This document shows, piece after piece, positions 1 through 12,895 of a stretch of DNA of 64,000 nt; within the stretch, counting starts at the first letter, position 1, and each line of letters begins with the position of its first letter. Position numbers and translations under genes: made by a program. Origin of the DNA: Octopus sinensis. Taxonomy: Eukaryota. The DNA lies in NCBI RefSeq assembly GCF_006345805.1, contig NC_042997.1, positions 85,064,001 to 85,128,000 on the forward strand, in the 5' to 3' direction. Below the pieces are notes generated by a model. It made no database searches, was not told the DNA's origin, and was given only the letters and a program-made list of their open reading frames with translations.

Positions 1-376
1 CAAAATTTTTGGACAGGGGGCCAGTCGATTAGACCGACCCCAGTACACAACTGGTACTTAATTTATCGACCCCGAAAGGATGAAAGGTAAAGTTGACCTC
101 GGCGGAATTTGAACTCAAAACGTAAAGACAGACGAAATACCTATTTCTTTACTACCCACAAGGGGCTAAACACAGAGAGGACAAACAAGGACAGACAAAG
201 GGATTAAGTCGATTATGTCGACCCCAGTGCGTAATTGGTACATATTTAATCGACCCCGAAAGGATGAAAGGCAAAGTCGACCTCGGCGGAATTTGAACTC
301 AGAACGTAAGGACAGACGAAATACTGCTAAGCATTTCGCCCGGCGTGCTAACGTTTCTGCCAACTCGCCGCCTTAT
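1..376 (-). mobile_element. tRNA-like SINE family A, composite (head + body + tail-1 + second body + tail-2)
   Basis: The reverse complement reads ggcggcgagttggcagaaacgttagcacg... then gttctgagttcaaattccgccgaggtcgactttgcctttcatcctttcggggtcgat (B-box-like gagttcaaattcc). The body is repeated at ~20-145 and ~200-330; more than 15 homologous copies occur in the window. Confidence 0.9.
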
Positions 377-516
377 TACCAGTAATTATATTACCTGAAT
401 ACTTATTTTTTCAGTGTTTTTGTCGAAACCCTATGTTACGTGACATAAAGAGACAAATATAAACAACACGAGATTAAACACTGTGGCACACCAGCACATA
501 TATATAATACGTAATA

Positions 517-704
517 GGCGGAGATGTGGCTGTGTGGAAAGAAGCTTCCTTCCCAACCACATGGTTCCGGATTCAGTTCCACTGCGTGGCACCTTCGGCA
601 AGTGTCTTCTACTATAGACTCGGGCCGACCAAAGCCTTGTGAATAGATATGGTAGACAAAAACTGAAAGAAGCCCATCGTGTATGTATGTGCGTATATGT
701 ATGT

Positions 705-766
<62 letters not shown>

Positions 767-790
767 TTATGTGTATGTCTTTGTGAAGAT
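517..790 (+). mobile_element. tRNA-like SINE family B (3'-incomplete, internal TG repeat)
   Basis: gtggctgtgtgg...ggttccggattcagttccactgcgtggcaccttcggcaagtgtcttctactatag...gaaagaagccc followed by (TG)n; same head as the copies at 11737, 25435, 29575 and 49785. Confidence 0.85.
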
Positions 791-964
791 GATGGTGATC
801 ACGAGTGTGTGGAAGGAGTGTTAGCACGAAATATTTAACCAGGATATGTATGTGACTGATCTTTGATGTTAATAGTAATAGTGTCAGTGACTGTGTAGAA
901 GATGGTGGAGACGGAGAAGTAGAAGAGGGAAGATGAGGAGGAGGGAGGGAGAGAGAGGTGCAAA

Positions 965-1215
965 GGGAGGAAAAGAAGAAGAAGAAAAGAAGAAGAAAAT
1001 AAGAAGAGAAGAAGAGAAGAAGAAGAATAGAAGAAGAAGAAGAAGAGAAGAAAGAGGAGAAGAAGAAGAAGAAGTAGAAGAAGAATAAGTAGAGAGAAGA
1101 AGAAGAAGAAGAAAGAAAAAAAGAGAAGAAGAAGAAGAAGAGAAGAAGAGAAGAAGAAGAGAGAAGAAGAGAAGAAGAAGAAGAAGAAGAAGAAGAAGAA
1201 GAAGAAAAGAAGCAG
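965..1215. repeat. Degenerate (GAA/GAGAA)n purine microsatellite
   Basis: Visible tandem gaa/gagaa units; explains the 203-aa S/L/F ORF at 612-1223. Confidence 0.95.
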
Positions 1216-1561
1216 CAGCTCAACTCAAACGTGAGGGAACTGTATATTACTTAACATTATGTATGTTACCTGTCGCGGCACATCGTTTATTATCCTGCCT
1301 GTCGGGTGAAACTCGGTGTGTAGTTCCCCCAGATCCTCGGTGATACGACAGGAATATAGAACTATGGAATTTCAAATTTGTGGAAAGAACATTACAACTG
1401 TATCAAGAACAATAACGCAAGATGAGCCAATGGCATAATCTATCAGATCACCCATCCTTCAAGAAATAGTGAAAAAACTTCACTATATGACACTATCGTT
1501 TTTATACAGTGAAGTTCACATTAGGTCAATCAATGTGTTGTTAAATGATAATGTCATATTT

Positions 1562-1728
1562 TGGCACGATTACATCGACCACAGTACTCAACTGGTTCTT
1601 GCTTTAACGACCCTGAAAGGATGAAAGGTAAAGTCGACCTTGGCGGAATTTGAACTCAGAACATAAAAGACGGACGAAATGCCGTTAAACGTTTCATTCG
1701 ACATGCTAACAATTCTGCCTGTTCGCCT
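1562..1728 (-). mobile_element. SINE family A copy
   Basis: ccctgaaaggatgaaaggtaaagtcgaccttggcggaatttgaactcagaac...gctaacaattctgcc matches the reverse complement of family A. Confidence 0.85.
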
Positions 1729-2254
1729 AACATTGTATATCTAACATTATCTAACAGCAAATGAGTCGTTAATGTTAGATATATAATGTTAGGTCTGTTT
1801 AATCGCGGCTGAGCTAGGGCTAAAAAAAAGAAGAAAAAAAAAATCTAGCAACAACAACAGCAGCAGCAACAGCGGAAATAATTGATCATGTCAAACGGAG
1901 AAATGTTTGTTTTTTAAAATATTAAGCGGTGAAAATTATGGGGAGTGTGATCATGTTCAGTTATGAAAAGAACGTGTGCCTATACGTATGTGGGAGCATG
2001 CGCGCGCATTTACACATGTGCTTGTGTGTGAGACTGAATGAATCATAGTTAATAATGCAAGTGTGGAACAAATTGAATTGAGGTTATCTGTTAATGTATG
2101 TGTTGGGGGTATGGGCCGGTGTCCGTGTGAAACAATGGATTATGATTAACACATAAATGTAATGCATTGGTATTAACATTGTGGTATTAACATGCTTTGT
2201 GTTTGTATATGTGTGTTCTTGGGCCAGTCTTTGGTCGAAACATATCTAAGTTAT

Positions 2255-3145
<891 letters not shown>

Positions 3146-3544
3146 TAAGGTTGAATAAAATCTGATAAATTGTTCATGTGTTTGGAGAAACAACTTTTAA
3201 TTGCACAAATGTGGGTATAACGGAATGAATGATGGTGTTAACCTTGTGCATGTGTATGTATGGTGAGGGTGTATGTATGTATGCACGTATCTACGCATGT
3301 ATGTATGTATGTATGTATGTATGTATGTATGTATGTATGTATGTGTGTGTGCTTGCGCATGGTTTTCTGTCATCCTTTGAGTATGTGTAGTTATATGTAC
3401 GTAGCAGTATAATTAATTTTGCGCCTGACGAAATGACTCATAACAGGCTATATAAACGTGTGCCGAAGGATCGACAGTATAAGCAAAGCAGTCAAGGAAT
3501 ACTTGTTGAGAGAATGCTACGAAAATACTTTTAAGTACTGTGCC

Positions 3545-3985
3545 AAAATTATGTTACATGGAAAGCATCCCGTCGGACAATACTCAACTAGACGAAGTGA
3601 TCAGTCAGAAATTGTCTAAGGCAAGCTCAACTTTCAATAGACATCAGCACAGACTGTGAAGAAATCGTGGTGTCTGCCGAGCCACAAAGATGAAAGTGTA
3701 CTATGCAATAATGCTTACTTCTCTTCTTTATGGCTGCGAAACAGAGGCACTCTACAGGCGCTATATTAAACAGCTAGACACTATCTCCATTGCCTTCGTT
3801 CAATTTGCAAGTAGCATGACAAATTCCCTGACACAGAAATTCTGGCAAGATGTGACATTTTCGGTATACAGAGTCTCTTTATTGAAATGCAAGTGAGCTG
3901 GGTTTCAGTGTGGTACGCAGGGAACTGATTCACTTACATAAAATCCTACATGGTCAGTTTAGCTCTTGTGTCAGGCACACAGCTC
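3545..3985 (+). mobile_element. RTE-clade LINE, decayed 3' ORF2 fragment
   Basis: Translates as ...LDEVISQKLSKASSTFNRHQHRL*RNRGVCRATKMKVYYAIMLTSLLYGCETEALYRRYIKQLD... and HKILHGQFSS. This matches the post-RT region of RTE/BovB-like ORF2 (ASAAFGRL..W..R.I...TK.KVY.A.V...LLYG.ETW). Confidence 0.8.
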
Positions 3986-4127
3986 CATTATAACGACATT
4001 TAAAAATTTATTAGCTTATATCCTTTTTTAATAAATGGTTTGTGCATATTTTTTCCATCTATTTTATTTGATTGTCCACTTCAGGGTTGTTTTTTAGACT
4101 TTTTCTAAGCTGTTAATATTTTTTGGC

Positions 4128-4315
4128 GTTAACCGGCAGAGCCGTTAGCATGCCGGGCAAAATGCTTAGCAGCATTTTTTCCGGCTCATTACTTCCAGAG
4201 TACACATTCCGGCGAGGTTGACTTTGCCGTTCATCCATTCAGGGTCGATAAAATAAGTGCCAGTTAAGCACTAGAGTCGATGTAATCGACCTAAGTCCTC
4301 CTCCAAACTTGCTAG
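4128..4315 (+). mobile_element. SINE family A copy
   Basis: ggcagagccgttagcatgccgggcaaaatgcttagc...attccggcgaggttgactttgccgttcatccattcagggtcgataaaataagtgccag. Confidence 0.85.
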
Positions 4316-4697
4316 TATTTCAAAGCAATCTTTGTACTTTTAAATAAATGTTTCCTGAGACCGGCGTAAAGTCGGACAAATCGGCTAAAGTTGAGGTGTA
4401 ATTTTTCGAAACGACGTAAGTTGAAGTATGTCTGTATAGTCAATACATTTATTCAATATATGTGATAGGATTGTCTGAAGATTAAGCGTAGGTACAAGTG
4501 TCAAACTGTTTTATTGTCAATCGTGTGTTCATGAATGTTTGAGTGCGCGCGTGTGTGCGACCAAATATTGGCGAGATACGTTGAAATACATATGATTAAT
4601 AACATTTTGTGCGATTATATGACCTCACTGTATGTTTGTGTGTGTGTACTTGTTTGAGACGGCAAGGCTTATCACTCATCAAGCACACTGATTGCGG

Positions 4698-4908
4698 AAA
4701 GAGGAGGAGGAGGAGGTGGAGTGGAAGAGGAAATGGAGGAGATGCGAGAGAGAAAGAGTACAAAACGAAAACAAGGCAAATAAAAACAAGAAAATGACGA
4801 TGACGACGGTGGCGGCAACGGGCAGTACAGCAGTGGTAATGGTATTGGTGGTAGTGGCGGTGGCGGTGGTGATGGTGGTGGTGGTGGTGGTGGTCGTCGT
4901 CATCTTCG

Positions 4909-4945
<37 letters not shown>

Positions 4946-5116
4946 AAAGAAGTAATGAAAGAAGAAAGTAAAAGATGATTTGAAAGTAGCAAACACAAAA
5001 GAAGAAGAAGAAGAAGAAGAAGAAGAAGAAGAAGAAGAAGAAGAAGAAGAAGAAGAAGAAGAAGAAGAAGAAGAAGAAGAAGAAGAAGAAGAAGAAGAAG
5101 AAGAAGAAGAAGAAGA
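4698..5116. repeat. Compound trinucleotide tract (GAG, GAC, GGC, GGT, GTC, GAT, GAA)
   Basis: Successive in-phase triplet runs ending in a long pure (GAA)n at about 4998-5115. Confidence 0.95.
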
Positions 5117-5744
5117 TAAAATAAATACAACAGTTTTTTTTATTTATTTTTATTTTTTTTCATTTTTTTTTCAGCAGCAGAAAAGTACATAAAAATAAGA
5201 CGTCGTAAAATGTGACAAAAGACAAGTCATAAAATGAACAATAAATAAATAAATAAAGATTAGTGAGGTTTTATTGAGATGTTTGTGAAGTACAGAAGAT
5301 AGTAGATTTGTATTAGGCAATTCTCCCCTCTTCAAGAAATAAAAATATTTAAAAAAATCAATAAAAGAAAACAATAATAAAATTGCCGTCTTTATACGAT
5401 AACACACGTTGTTAAAGTGACTGTTTAAACCTGATGTTATCATCACCATTGCCAACTACCGTACGTTTTGTGATGGCTTTTATTAATAAAGGCTGTTGCC
5501 GTTGTTGTGGTAGTTTTTGTTGTTTTGTCTTATTTTTTCATTTTTTTTTTTCGTTAAGTCGAGAAGGGAAGGCCATTACCCTTAACCCTATCACAACGCA
5601 CTCTAGACTGGTAAGAGGGAAGGATGAGGGGATGGTGGTATCACAAATCAAAAATTTGTCCTGAATGCTTGCAACACTGTGGATTCCGCTAAAGGTACCC
5701 AAGAACTTAGTCTTGGTTTCAAATTTTTTTGGCACAAGGTCAAC

Positions 5745-6175
5745 AATTACGGAGCCGGGGCTAAGTCGATTACAGCGAGCTCAGTGTTCAAAAGGCACTA
5801 GTTTCATCGACCCAGAATGGATGAAAAGCAAAGTTGACCTCGGCGGAATTTGAACTCAGAACATAGAGACAGACGAAATGGCGCCAAGCATTTTCCCCGG
5901 CATGTTAACGGTTCAGGTAGCTCACCATCTTGAGTGGTGGTATTATTAAACTAAGTGATGAGGCGACGAGCTAGCAGAATTGTTAGCACGCCGGGCAAAA
6001 TGCTCAGCGGCATTTCGTCCGTCCTTATGTTCTGAGTTCAAATTCCGCCGAGGTTGACTTTGCCTTTTATCCTTTCAGCGGGTTGATAAAATAAGTACCA
6101 CTTGAACCCTGAGCACAATATAATCGATTTACCACCAAAATTGCTGGCCTTGTGGCAAAATCTGAAACCGGGTGA
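5745..6175. mobile_element. Two SINE family A copies head-to-head (minus ~5745-5935, plus ~5961-6175)
   Basis: The body motif ggcggaatttgaactcagaac at ~5845 and its complement gttctgagttcaaattccgcc at ~6029. Confidence 0.85.
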
Positions 6176-6204
6176 CGGATTAAACCAATTATATATGTAG
6201 GCCA

Positions 6205-6440
6205 AGGAAGGATTTCAACTCAGAACGCAAGGAGCCAGTACAAACATCACAAAAGAGTCTGCCAAAAACTTTAACGATTCCACCAATCTACCGTTCTAGG
6301 CTTGTAGTTTATTTATCACCGACGAAAGAGTAAGAAATAAAGTTGGTTCCAGTGTGATTTGAACTCAGAAGACAAGAGGTTGTGATAAATATTGTAAAAC
6401 ATATCGTCCGATGCGCTAACGACTCTGCCAATTCGCCACC
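6205..6440 (-). mobile_element. Two diverged SINE family A head fragments
   Basis: gatttcaactcagaacg...ttaacgattccaccaatc and gatttgaactcagaag...gcgctaacgactctgccaattcgcc. Confidence 0.6.
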
Positions 6441-6834
6441 ATATAAGTACTGAGTGAGTATACCTATGATCAAAGGTGTTCTTACCATGACATTCTCAGT
6501 TTTTTTCTTTTGCACAAAGAACCCAGGACTTCATTATCAAACCTGTTCTTTTAAGATGGCTCCTTCAGTTCTTTGTTTATATAACTGTTGTCGTTGCCGC
6601 TACTTAAACTTACGCCTCCGCTCCCAGAACATCCCTGCATGAACAGACCTATGATAAAAAAGCATTCCAGACATATATGTATAAAAATGGTAGTTGCCTA
6701 CACTTTATGACTACCTCTTGTACTTATACCTTAGATCCATCATGGCGTCTGATGTGGCTTTTTAACCCAGACAATGTATTAAAAAGACATTCACATGGAT
6801 TGCATATCTGATTTGGACCACCAAGAGCTGCAGG

Positions 6835-6962
6835 ATGGAGGCGAATGAACTGGAGCAATGTGAAATAAAGTGTTTTGCTCACGAGTTGCCTGGTTCAGGA
6901 ATCGAAACCACAACCTTACTATCATGAGGCCAACACCCTAACCACTAAGCCATACGCCTCCA
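6835..6962 (-). mobile_element. tRNA-like SINE family D, 5' part
   Basis: Reverse complement ggcgtatggcttagtggttagggtgttgg...ggtttcgattcctgaacc...ttcacattgctccagttcattc contains A/B-box-like motifs and is homologous to 39005-39140. Confidence 0.75.
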
Positions 6963-7705
6963 CCCTGAATAAATGGACCTAAGACCAAAAGCACCTCAAA
7001 GGTAAACTACAAGTCATTTTCTTTGTTTTGTTTTCTTTACCCAGTTACCGTTGACTAACTCAATGTAGATTTTGTCTATGACGGCAGAGTATGACTTGAT
7101 CCTGAAGGATATTTGGATGCCCTTTCTAGCAGGTGGAGCAACAGTGTAGAGACTCCTTTTGCTATATTTAAATTCAGTGTAACTGACCAATAGCATTTTG
7201 TTAGGCATGGCATTAGACCCCTTCCTTATAAATGATTTAGCGACTATAAAACGTACCTGTCGTGTATAGTTTTGTAAAAGGAAAGAAACATTCACTGGCT
7301 TAAAATTACGAGAGAGACCAAGTCTGAACCATTGCAACAGAATGAGCTTTGCTAAAACCACCGAACGACTTGGTAATATAAAACCGAGCAACTGATAAAG
7401 TCTAACATAGAACATGAAAGCTCTCTTCGATGGTCTTCTGTACAATTTACGCATACGGGTTTGATTAATCCGAGTCTATGACTGAATGAATACATTTAGC
7501 TCAAAGTCCTGTGTTGTGGGATCGAATTCGCTACAGTGTAGCTATGAAGCGAACTTCTTAACATATAGCTTTACCTGCGCTTTATAAAACATCGACCTTC
7601 AAATATATTTGCGATATAGCCCTTGCTTTTATTTAGCCCTAGGTCAAATCTAATCAAGCAGGCAAGACCTATGATGAAAGGTGTCTCAGCCGTGATTATT
7701 CGGTT

Positions 7706-8120
7706 TAACAATTATTTTTTTATTCATTCGTCAGTGAATGTTATTTCCTATTTGCTTCAAACTGTGCTATTGTGACCTGGACATCAATGTTTTGAAACTG
7801 ACCTATTTTCCATTACATTTCGAACAGATTCAGCGCTGAGTTGCTGAAGCAGAAATATCGTTATAGCAAGTAATCTGCTCAATGTCACAGATTTGCTCGT
7901 CAGTTGCTTGGCCTTAACCACTTGAGCATGTCTCTTATTGGTTGACAATATGTGCATCTTTGATCTTAAGCAGGAGTAGTGGAGGGGACATCATGGCCAT
8001 GTGTCGAGAGGGGTTCTTTGGGGTTTGAAGAATGTAACAAAAGCAAAATTTGAAAGAAATATTGGTCATTTTTCATACTTTGTAGGGGTAAGCAAATAGG
8101 AAAAAAAAACAGTTGCTACA
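7706..8120 (+). repeat. Unclassified composite dispersed repeat E with an internal fragment of family C
   Basis: Collinear with the reverse complement of 35170-35630 (gttatttcctatttgcttc...gacctggacatcaatgttttgaaa...cagattcag...cttgagcatgtc...gaatgtaacaaaagcaaaatttgaa...ggggtaagcaaatagg) and with 10565-10745. Confidence 0.75.
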
Positions 8121-8910
8121 CAAGTCAAAAGTCGTGTGTGTTACACAGTGTTGTCAGTCCAGTTTTTAATTTTCGGGTAATAGGTTGTGGTTTTAGAGAT
8201 ATTTGGTTGCTATTTCTAGCAGTTCATGACCAAGTAGAGACACGAAAATGTCACTTCACTCTGCGTAGAAATCACTTTCACTTTCAATTAACAACTGATT
8301 TACTAGTGGGTTTGCTTCTTTCGTTCCTTGTTTCCCTTGGAGCAGCATTTTAGACGTAGAATATTATTCTAACTTGAAGACAAATCTCTTTAACAAGCTT
8401 GCCCATGGTCCAACCTCCAGTAGTTTTAAATCGAATTGATTTTATGTCAGTCACTCTAATACACAACATTGAACATCTATTGATACACTATCAGCATCAG
8501 CATCAGTAGTTGCAGCAGTAACTACAAGTCAAGTATGCTTTATATTGAAGAGAGGCGGCAACACCTCTATAACATATCACATACTGCTGTATATTGCATT
8601 AAGCACTTTAGGTTAGAAACGAAACACCACCCAGTTTTGCTATGTATAAATATATTGTCAAATACATTAAACTTGTAATAGTCCGCCCTACACTATTAAT
8701 AAATAAATAGTATTAATTACTAATCTTACTATGTGTAAACGAAATAAATAATGGAACTTACTGAACGGGTCACAGGAGTAAAGTGAGAGTGAATAAAAAT
8801 GTAATTAAAATAACTGAATGGTTGTGCATGTGTTTTATTAACAGATTAATTGAAGCAAGTGGCGTGGAAAAAGAAGCAGAGAAACTTGCATTATTTATTT
8901 TGATTACTTA

Positions 8911-9490
8911 AGGCGGCGACCAGATAGAATCGTTAGCACGGCGGGCGAAATACTTACGGGCATTTCATCTGTCCTTACGTTCTAAGTTCGAATTCCGTCG
9001 AGGTCGACTTTACCTTTCATTCTTTCGGGATCGATAGAATAAGTAGGAGTTGAATATTGGGGTCGATGTAATCGACAAATCTCCTCCCCCAAAATTTCAG
9101 GCCTTGTGCCTTTTTTAGAAAAGATTATTTATTTTACGTACGTAAGGCGGCGACCTGACAGAATCGTTTACACGCCGGGCAAAATGCTTACAAGCAATTC
9201 ATCCGTGTTGACGTTCTGAGTTCAAATCCCGCTGAAGTTAACTATGCTTTTCATCCTAATTGACTTGCCTCCTTTCCCGAAATTGCTGTCCTTGTGCCAG
9301 AAGTCATTATTTTAAGTCATTACTTGACGTCATTACTTGAATGTCGGCGAACTGGTAGAAACGGTAGAGCGTCGAACAAAATGTTTTGTGGTATTTAGTT
9401 ATATCTCTTTACGCTCTGATTTCAAATCCTGCTGAAATCAAACTTTGCGTTTCCCCCTTTCAGGCTTGAGAAAATGAAGTACCAGACACT
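8911..9490 (+). mobile_element. Three consecutive same-strand SINE family A copies
   Basis: Heads aaggcggcgacc...gaatcgttagcacg (~8911), aaggcggcgacctgacagaatcgtt (~9144) and ggcgaactggtagaaacggtagagc (~9346). Confidence 0.8.
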
Positions 9491-10564
9491 CACTGGAATT
9501 GATATAGTTGGCTATGCTCCCCTACATAAGGCCTCAGGATAATGTTGGAAATTATCGGTGAGTTAGAAAGAGAAAGCTTGCATACATGAGCAACTTCTAG
9601 ATTCTGCATGCGTGTGCGCGCACACACACACGCGCACCACACACACACACACACACACACACATACCCAGCACTCTCCCAGAGTTGCACTTTGGAGAGAA
9701 GCTTTCCAAATATTGATGCACAGATCTTCTACAAGAGCCGTCAACCATCAACTTGCAGGGACCAAACTCAGTAGAATGTATAGCTCATCACGTTGTAGTT
9801 GCTGGTCCCTTTGTCTTAACTCCCATCGTCAGTCACGATTGAGCAAACATACATTCAACTACGTTCCAACCATGAATATCTGGAATTTTCGATGTTATAT
9901 GCGACTACGCCATTTAATGTCACCGTTTCTTTTTTTTTTCTAAGAAAGAAGATACACTTGAAGCAGTATCAAAATAACTAACCCCTACCCTCCACCGCCA
10001 TACAATTGCTCCCTAGTAATTAAACCCTAGCAATTTCTCCCTAAACTATTTCTATTTCTCCAGTTAATAGAAAGTTCAACTATGATGATTCAAGTAAATA
10101 TTAATAAAACTAATTAAGGTTATAATTCCATCTATACATAAATAGTGCAATTAATAATTACATGCAATTTCAGTGTTATAATTATTATGATATAATAACC
10201 TAAATGTTATGATTAGATAATTCTCCTTGTTGCTTAACAGATGAAACATGAAAATAAAACCCTAATTAGTTTCGTTAGTATTTATTTGCACCGCCTAATT
10301 AGTGCTTTTTCTTAGATTTCTTTTAATTGCGAGCAGTGGCCCTACGAAAGCAATTTTCCTCTAACTAACTGACGAATATTTTGTTGCTACTTCTAGCAGA
10401 TCGCGTACATTCAGTTAGTATTGATATTACGAGGTCGGCAGCACATTGTAATCAGTAAACTCTCATACTAAATGCCGTAGTCTGTTTCATATCACTCTGA
10501 GTTCAAAATCATCACTAGGATTGTAATCGCTTTTCAAGTGTTCTTGGGTCAATAAAATAAGTAC

Positions 10565-10745
10565 TGAATCTGTCCGAAAGGTAATGGAAAGTAGATCAAT
10601 TTCAAAACATTGATGTCCAGGTCTCAAAAACAAGGTTTGAAGGGAATAGTAGTCATTTCGTTTGATTTCTAGACAGAAGCAAATAGGAAATAACATTTAC
10701 TGACGAATGACTAAAAAGAATGATTGTTACACAGTGCAATCAATA
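10565..10745 (-). repeat. Repeat E fragment
   Basis: ctgaatctgtccgaaaggtaatggaaag...ttcaaaacattgatgtccaggtc...gaagcaaataggaaataac; same orientation as 35450-35630. Confidence 0.7.
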
Positions 10746-10933
10746 AACCGAATAATCACGGCTGAGACACCTTTCATCATAGGTCTTGCCTGCTTGATTA
10801 AGTTTGACCTAGGGCTAAATAAAAGCAAGGGCTATAACGCAAATATATTTGAAGGTCGATGTTTTATAAAGCGCAAGTAGAGCTATATGTTAAGAAGTAC
10901 TTGGAATGATTCCTTTAATAATTTGGTCTAGGG

Positions 10934-11131
10934 CAGTGGTTTCTAAACTTTTTAGAGTCGCGACCCACTATTTCTCACATCAGTTTATGACGACCCACTT
11001 AATTCTACTGAACTATCTCGATAGACAGCAGTTAATCAAAGCTAATGCGTAATTTTATAACTTTTTGCGACCCACTAAGATTCCGTTCGCGACCCATCTG
11101 TGGGTTGGGACCCATAGTTTGGGAACCACTG
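10934..11131. mobile_element. hAT (Charlie-like) MITE
   Basis: TIRs cagtggtttctaaact / agtttgggaaccactg; exact 8-bp TSD gtctaggg at 10926-10933 and 11132-11139; internal gcgacccac repeats. Confidence 0.9.
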
Positions 11132-11736
11132 GTCTAGGGGAAAGGGTTATAATATGTCCTTCATTGTCACTCCCTCCAAAATCAGCTTGGTTGATATTCT
11201 TTTTGAGCAACTGCAAGAAGAAAAAATGATGGAATTTCAGAAAAGTTACGTCCTAGAAGGTACGTTCTGAGTGTGAGGGGACTGTATCAACATTTTTTTT
11301 TCTACAAGTCAGATGACAATAAAGAGGTTGTTATCCGTGTTGTTGTTGTTTAGCCCCAGGTCGGCGCCGGGTATTTAGCTACTATTCCTGCCAGATCGGG
11401 TCATAGCGTACAAATTACTTTATGGTATATGTATCATTAGGAGTTAGGGCAGTAATAGTAGTAGTAACTGCTCTGGCTGCCGCTGTTGACATGAGGGTGG
11501 GGAGATTGCGAGGTCGTCTGTAGGAAAATGGGAACTCTTTACATTACTCAAGTGGTACGGAACGACGGGATTGGAGAGGAGGGTTGAAAATGGAGTAGCA
11601 GATTCTGATGAGAGAATCAAATTAAAGAAGGAATTGAAAGTAAATGCATGTGTAGGTGTGTATGCATGTGTATGCGTGTGTGTGGGGGGTGTAAGTGCGT
11701 TTGTACATATACACACACGCGCATATATGTATGGGG

Positions 11737-11946
11737 GGGGGCGAAGCTCTGAGATAAGAAGCTTGCTTCTTAAGCATAGGGTTTCAGATTCAGTCCCACT
11801 GCGTGATACTTTGAGCAAGTATCTTCTGCTATAGCCTTGTTAATGGATTTCGTAGACGGAAACTGGAAGAAGCCCGTTGTGTGTATGTGTATGTGTGTAT
11901 GTGTGTGTGTGTGTGTGCGTGTGTGTGTGTGTGTGTGTGTGCGTGC

Positions 11947-11995
<49 letters not shown>

Positions 11996-12150
11996 CTTTG
12001 TGTCTGTGTTTGTCCCTCACCACCGCGTGACAACCGATGTTGGTGTGGTTACGTTCCCGTAACTTAGCGGTTCGGCATTAGGAAAAAAAGACAAAAGAAT
12101 TTTCAAAGCAGTGCCCCAGTATGGCCTCAGTCTACTGACTGAAATAAGTA
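11737..12150 (+). mobile_element. SINE family B, near full length, with internal (TG)n expansion
   Basis: ttcagtcccactgcgtgatactttgagcaagt...gaagaagcccg (TG)n tttgtgtctgtgtttgtccc...gacaaccgatg...cccgtaacttagcggttcggc...gactgaaataagtaaa. Confidence 0.85.
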
Positions 12151-12703
12151 AAGGAAAAGAAATATATGTATGTTTGTATGTATGTATTTATGCATGCATG
12201 TGTGTGTGTGTATGTATGTATGTATGTATGTATGTGTGTATGTATAGATGTATGAGTGAATGAATGAATAATGCGAAATAGGAAAGGAAATATGAGGAAG
12301 GAGAGATAAGTTGGAAGAGAAGAAGCGAGAGAGAGAGGTGGGAGGGGAAGGAGTGATGATTTGACGAATTTCGGTGACATGTTTACACGGAGAAGAGTTT
12401 CTAGTTTGTGGAACAAAGAGAGAAAGAGAAAAAAAGGTGAAGTTGTTTATTACAGCTAATGTTGGGAAAATAGAATTGTTTATATTAAATTCCTGGACAT
12501 ATAATAAATACATTCGCGTCACTTTCTATTCACACTGCCAAGAAATATTTTGTCGTTTGTTTGAGATATTATTAACTGTTTTTTTTTCTTTTTCATTTTT
12601 GTGCTTCTTCACAATGTGGCTGAGGGAACAGATGCCATTATGGCTTCCTACAAACTGTGTGTGTGTGTTTGTGCGTGTGTGAGCGTGTATGTGTGTGTAT
12701 ATC

Positions 12704-12742
<39 letters not shown>

Positions 12743-12818
12743 AAACATTGATAACGAAGAAGTGAGTGTAGATTTAATTCATATCCGAAAACTTCTTTAT
12801 TAAAAGTATTCTACAGAT

Positions 12819-12895
12819 GACCTACATATGTTTCGACTGCCCATTGCTTTGTATGCAATTATGCATTCTAGTCGTGGCAATTTCATCAAGGGCCC
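12819..12895 (-). ncRNA. Degenerate minimal type I hammerhead ribozyme motif at a probable Penelope-like element end
   Basis: Minus strand GGGCCC-UUGAUGA-AAUUGCC..loop..GGCAGUC-GAAA-CAUAUG-UA-GGUC: palindromic stem III (CAUAUG), GUA cleavage triplet, followed by aataaa. One core or stem I defect and an A.C pair at the base of stem II. Confidence 0.5.

Noticed and set aside
7014-7454. 146-aa minus ORF, and a plus-strand polypyrimidine-CAG acceptor near 7044
   Set aside because: No recognisable motif; all three frames after the acceptor hit stops within 8 codons.
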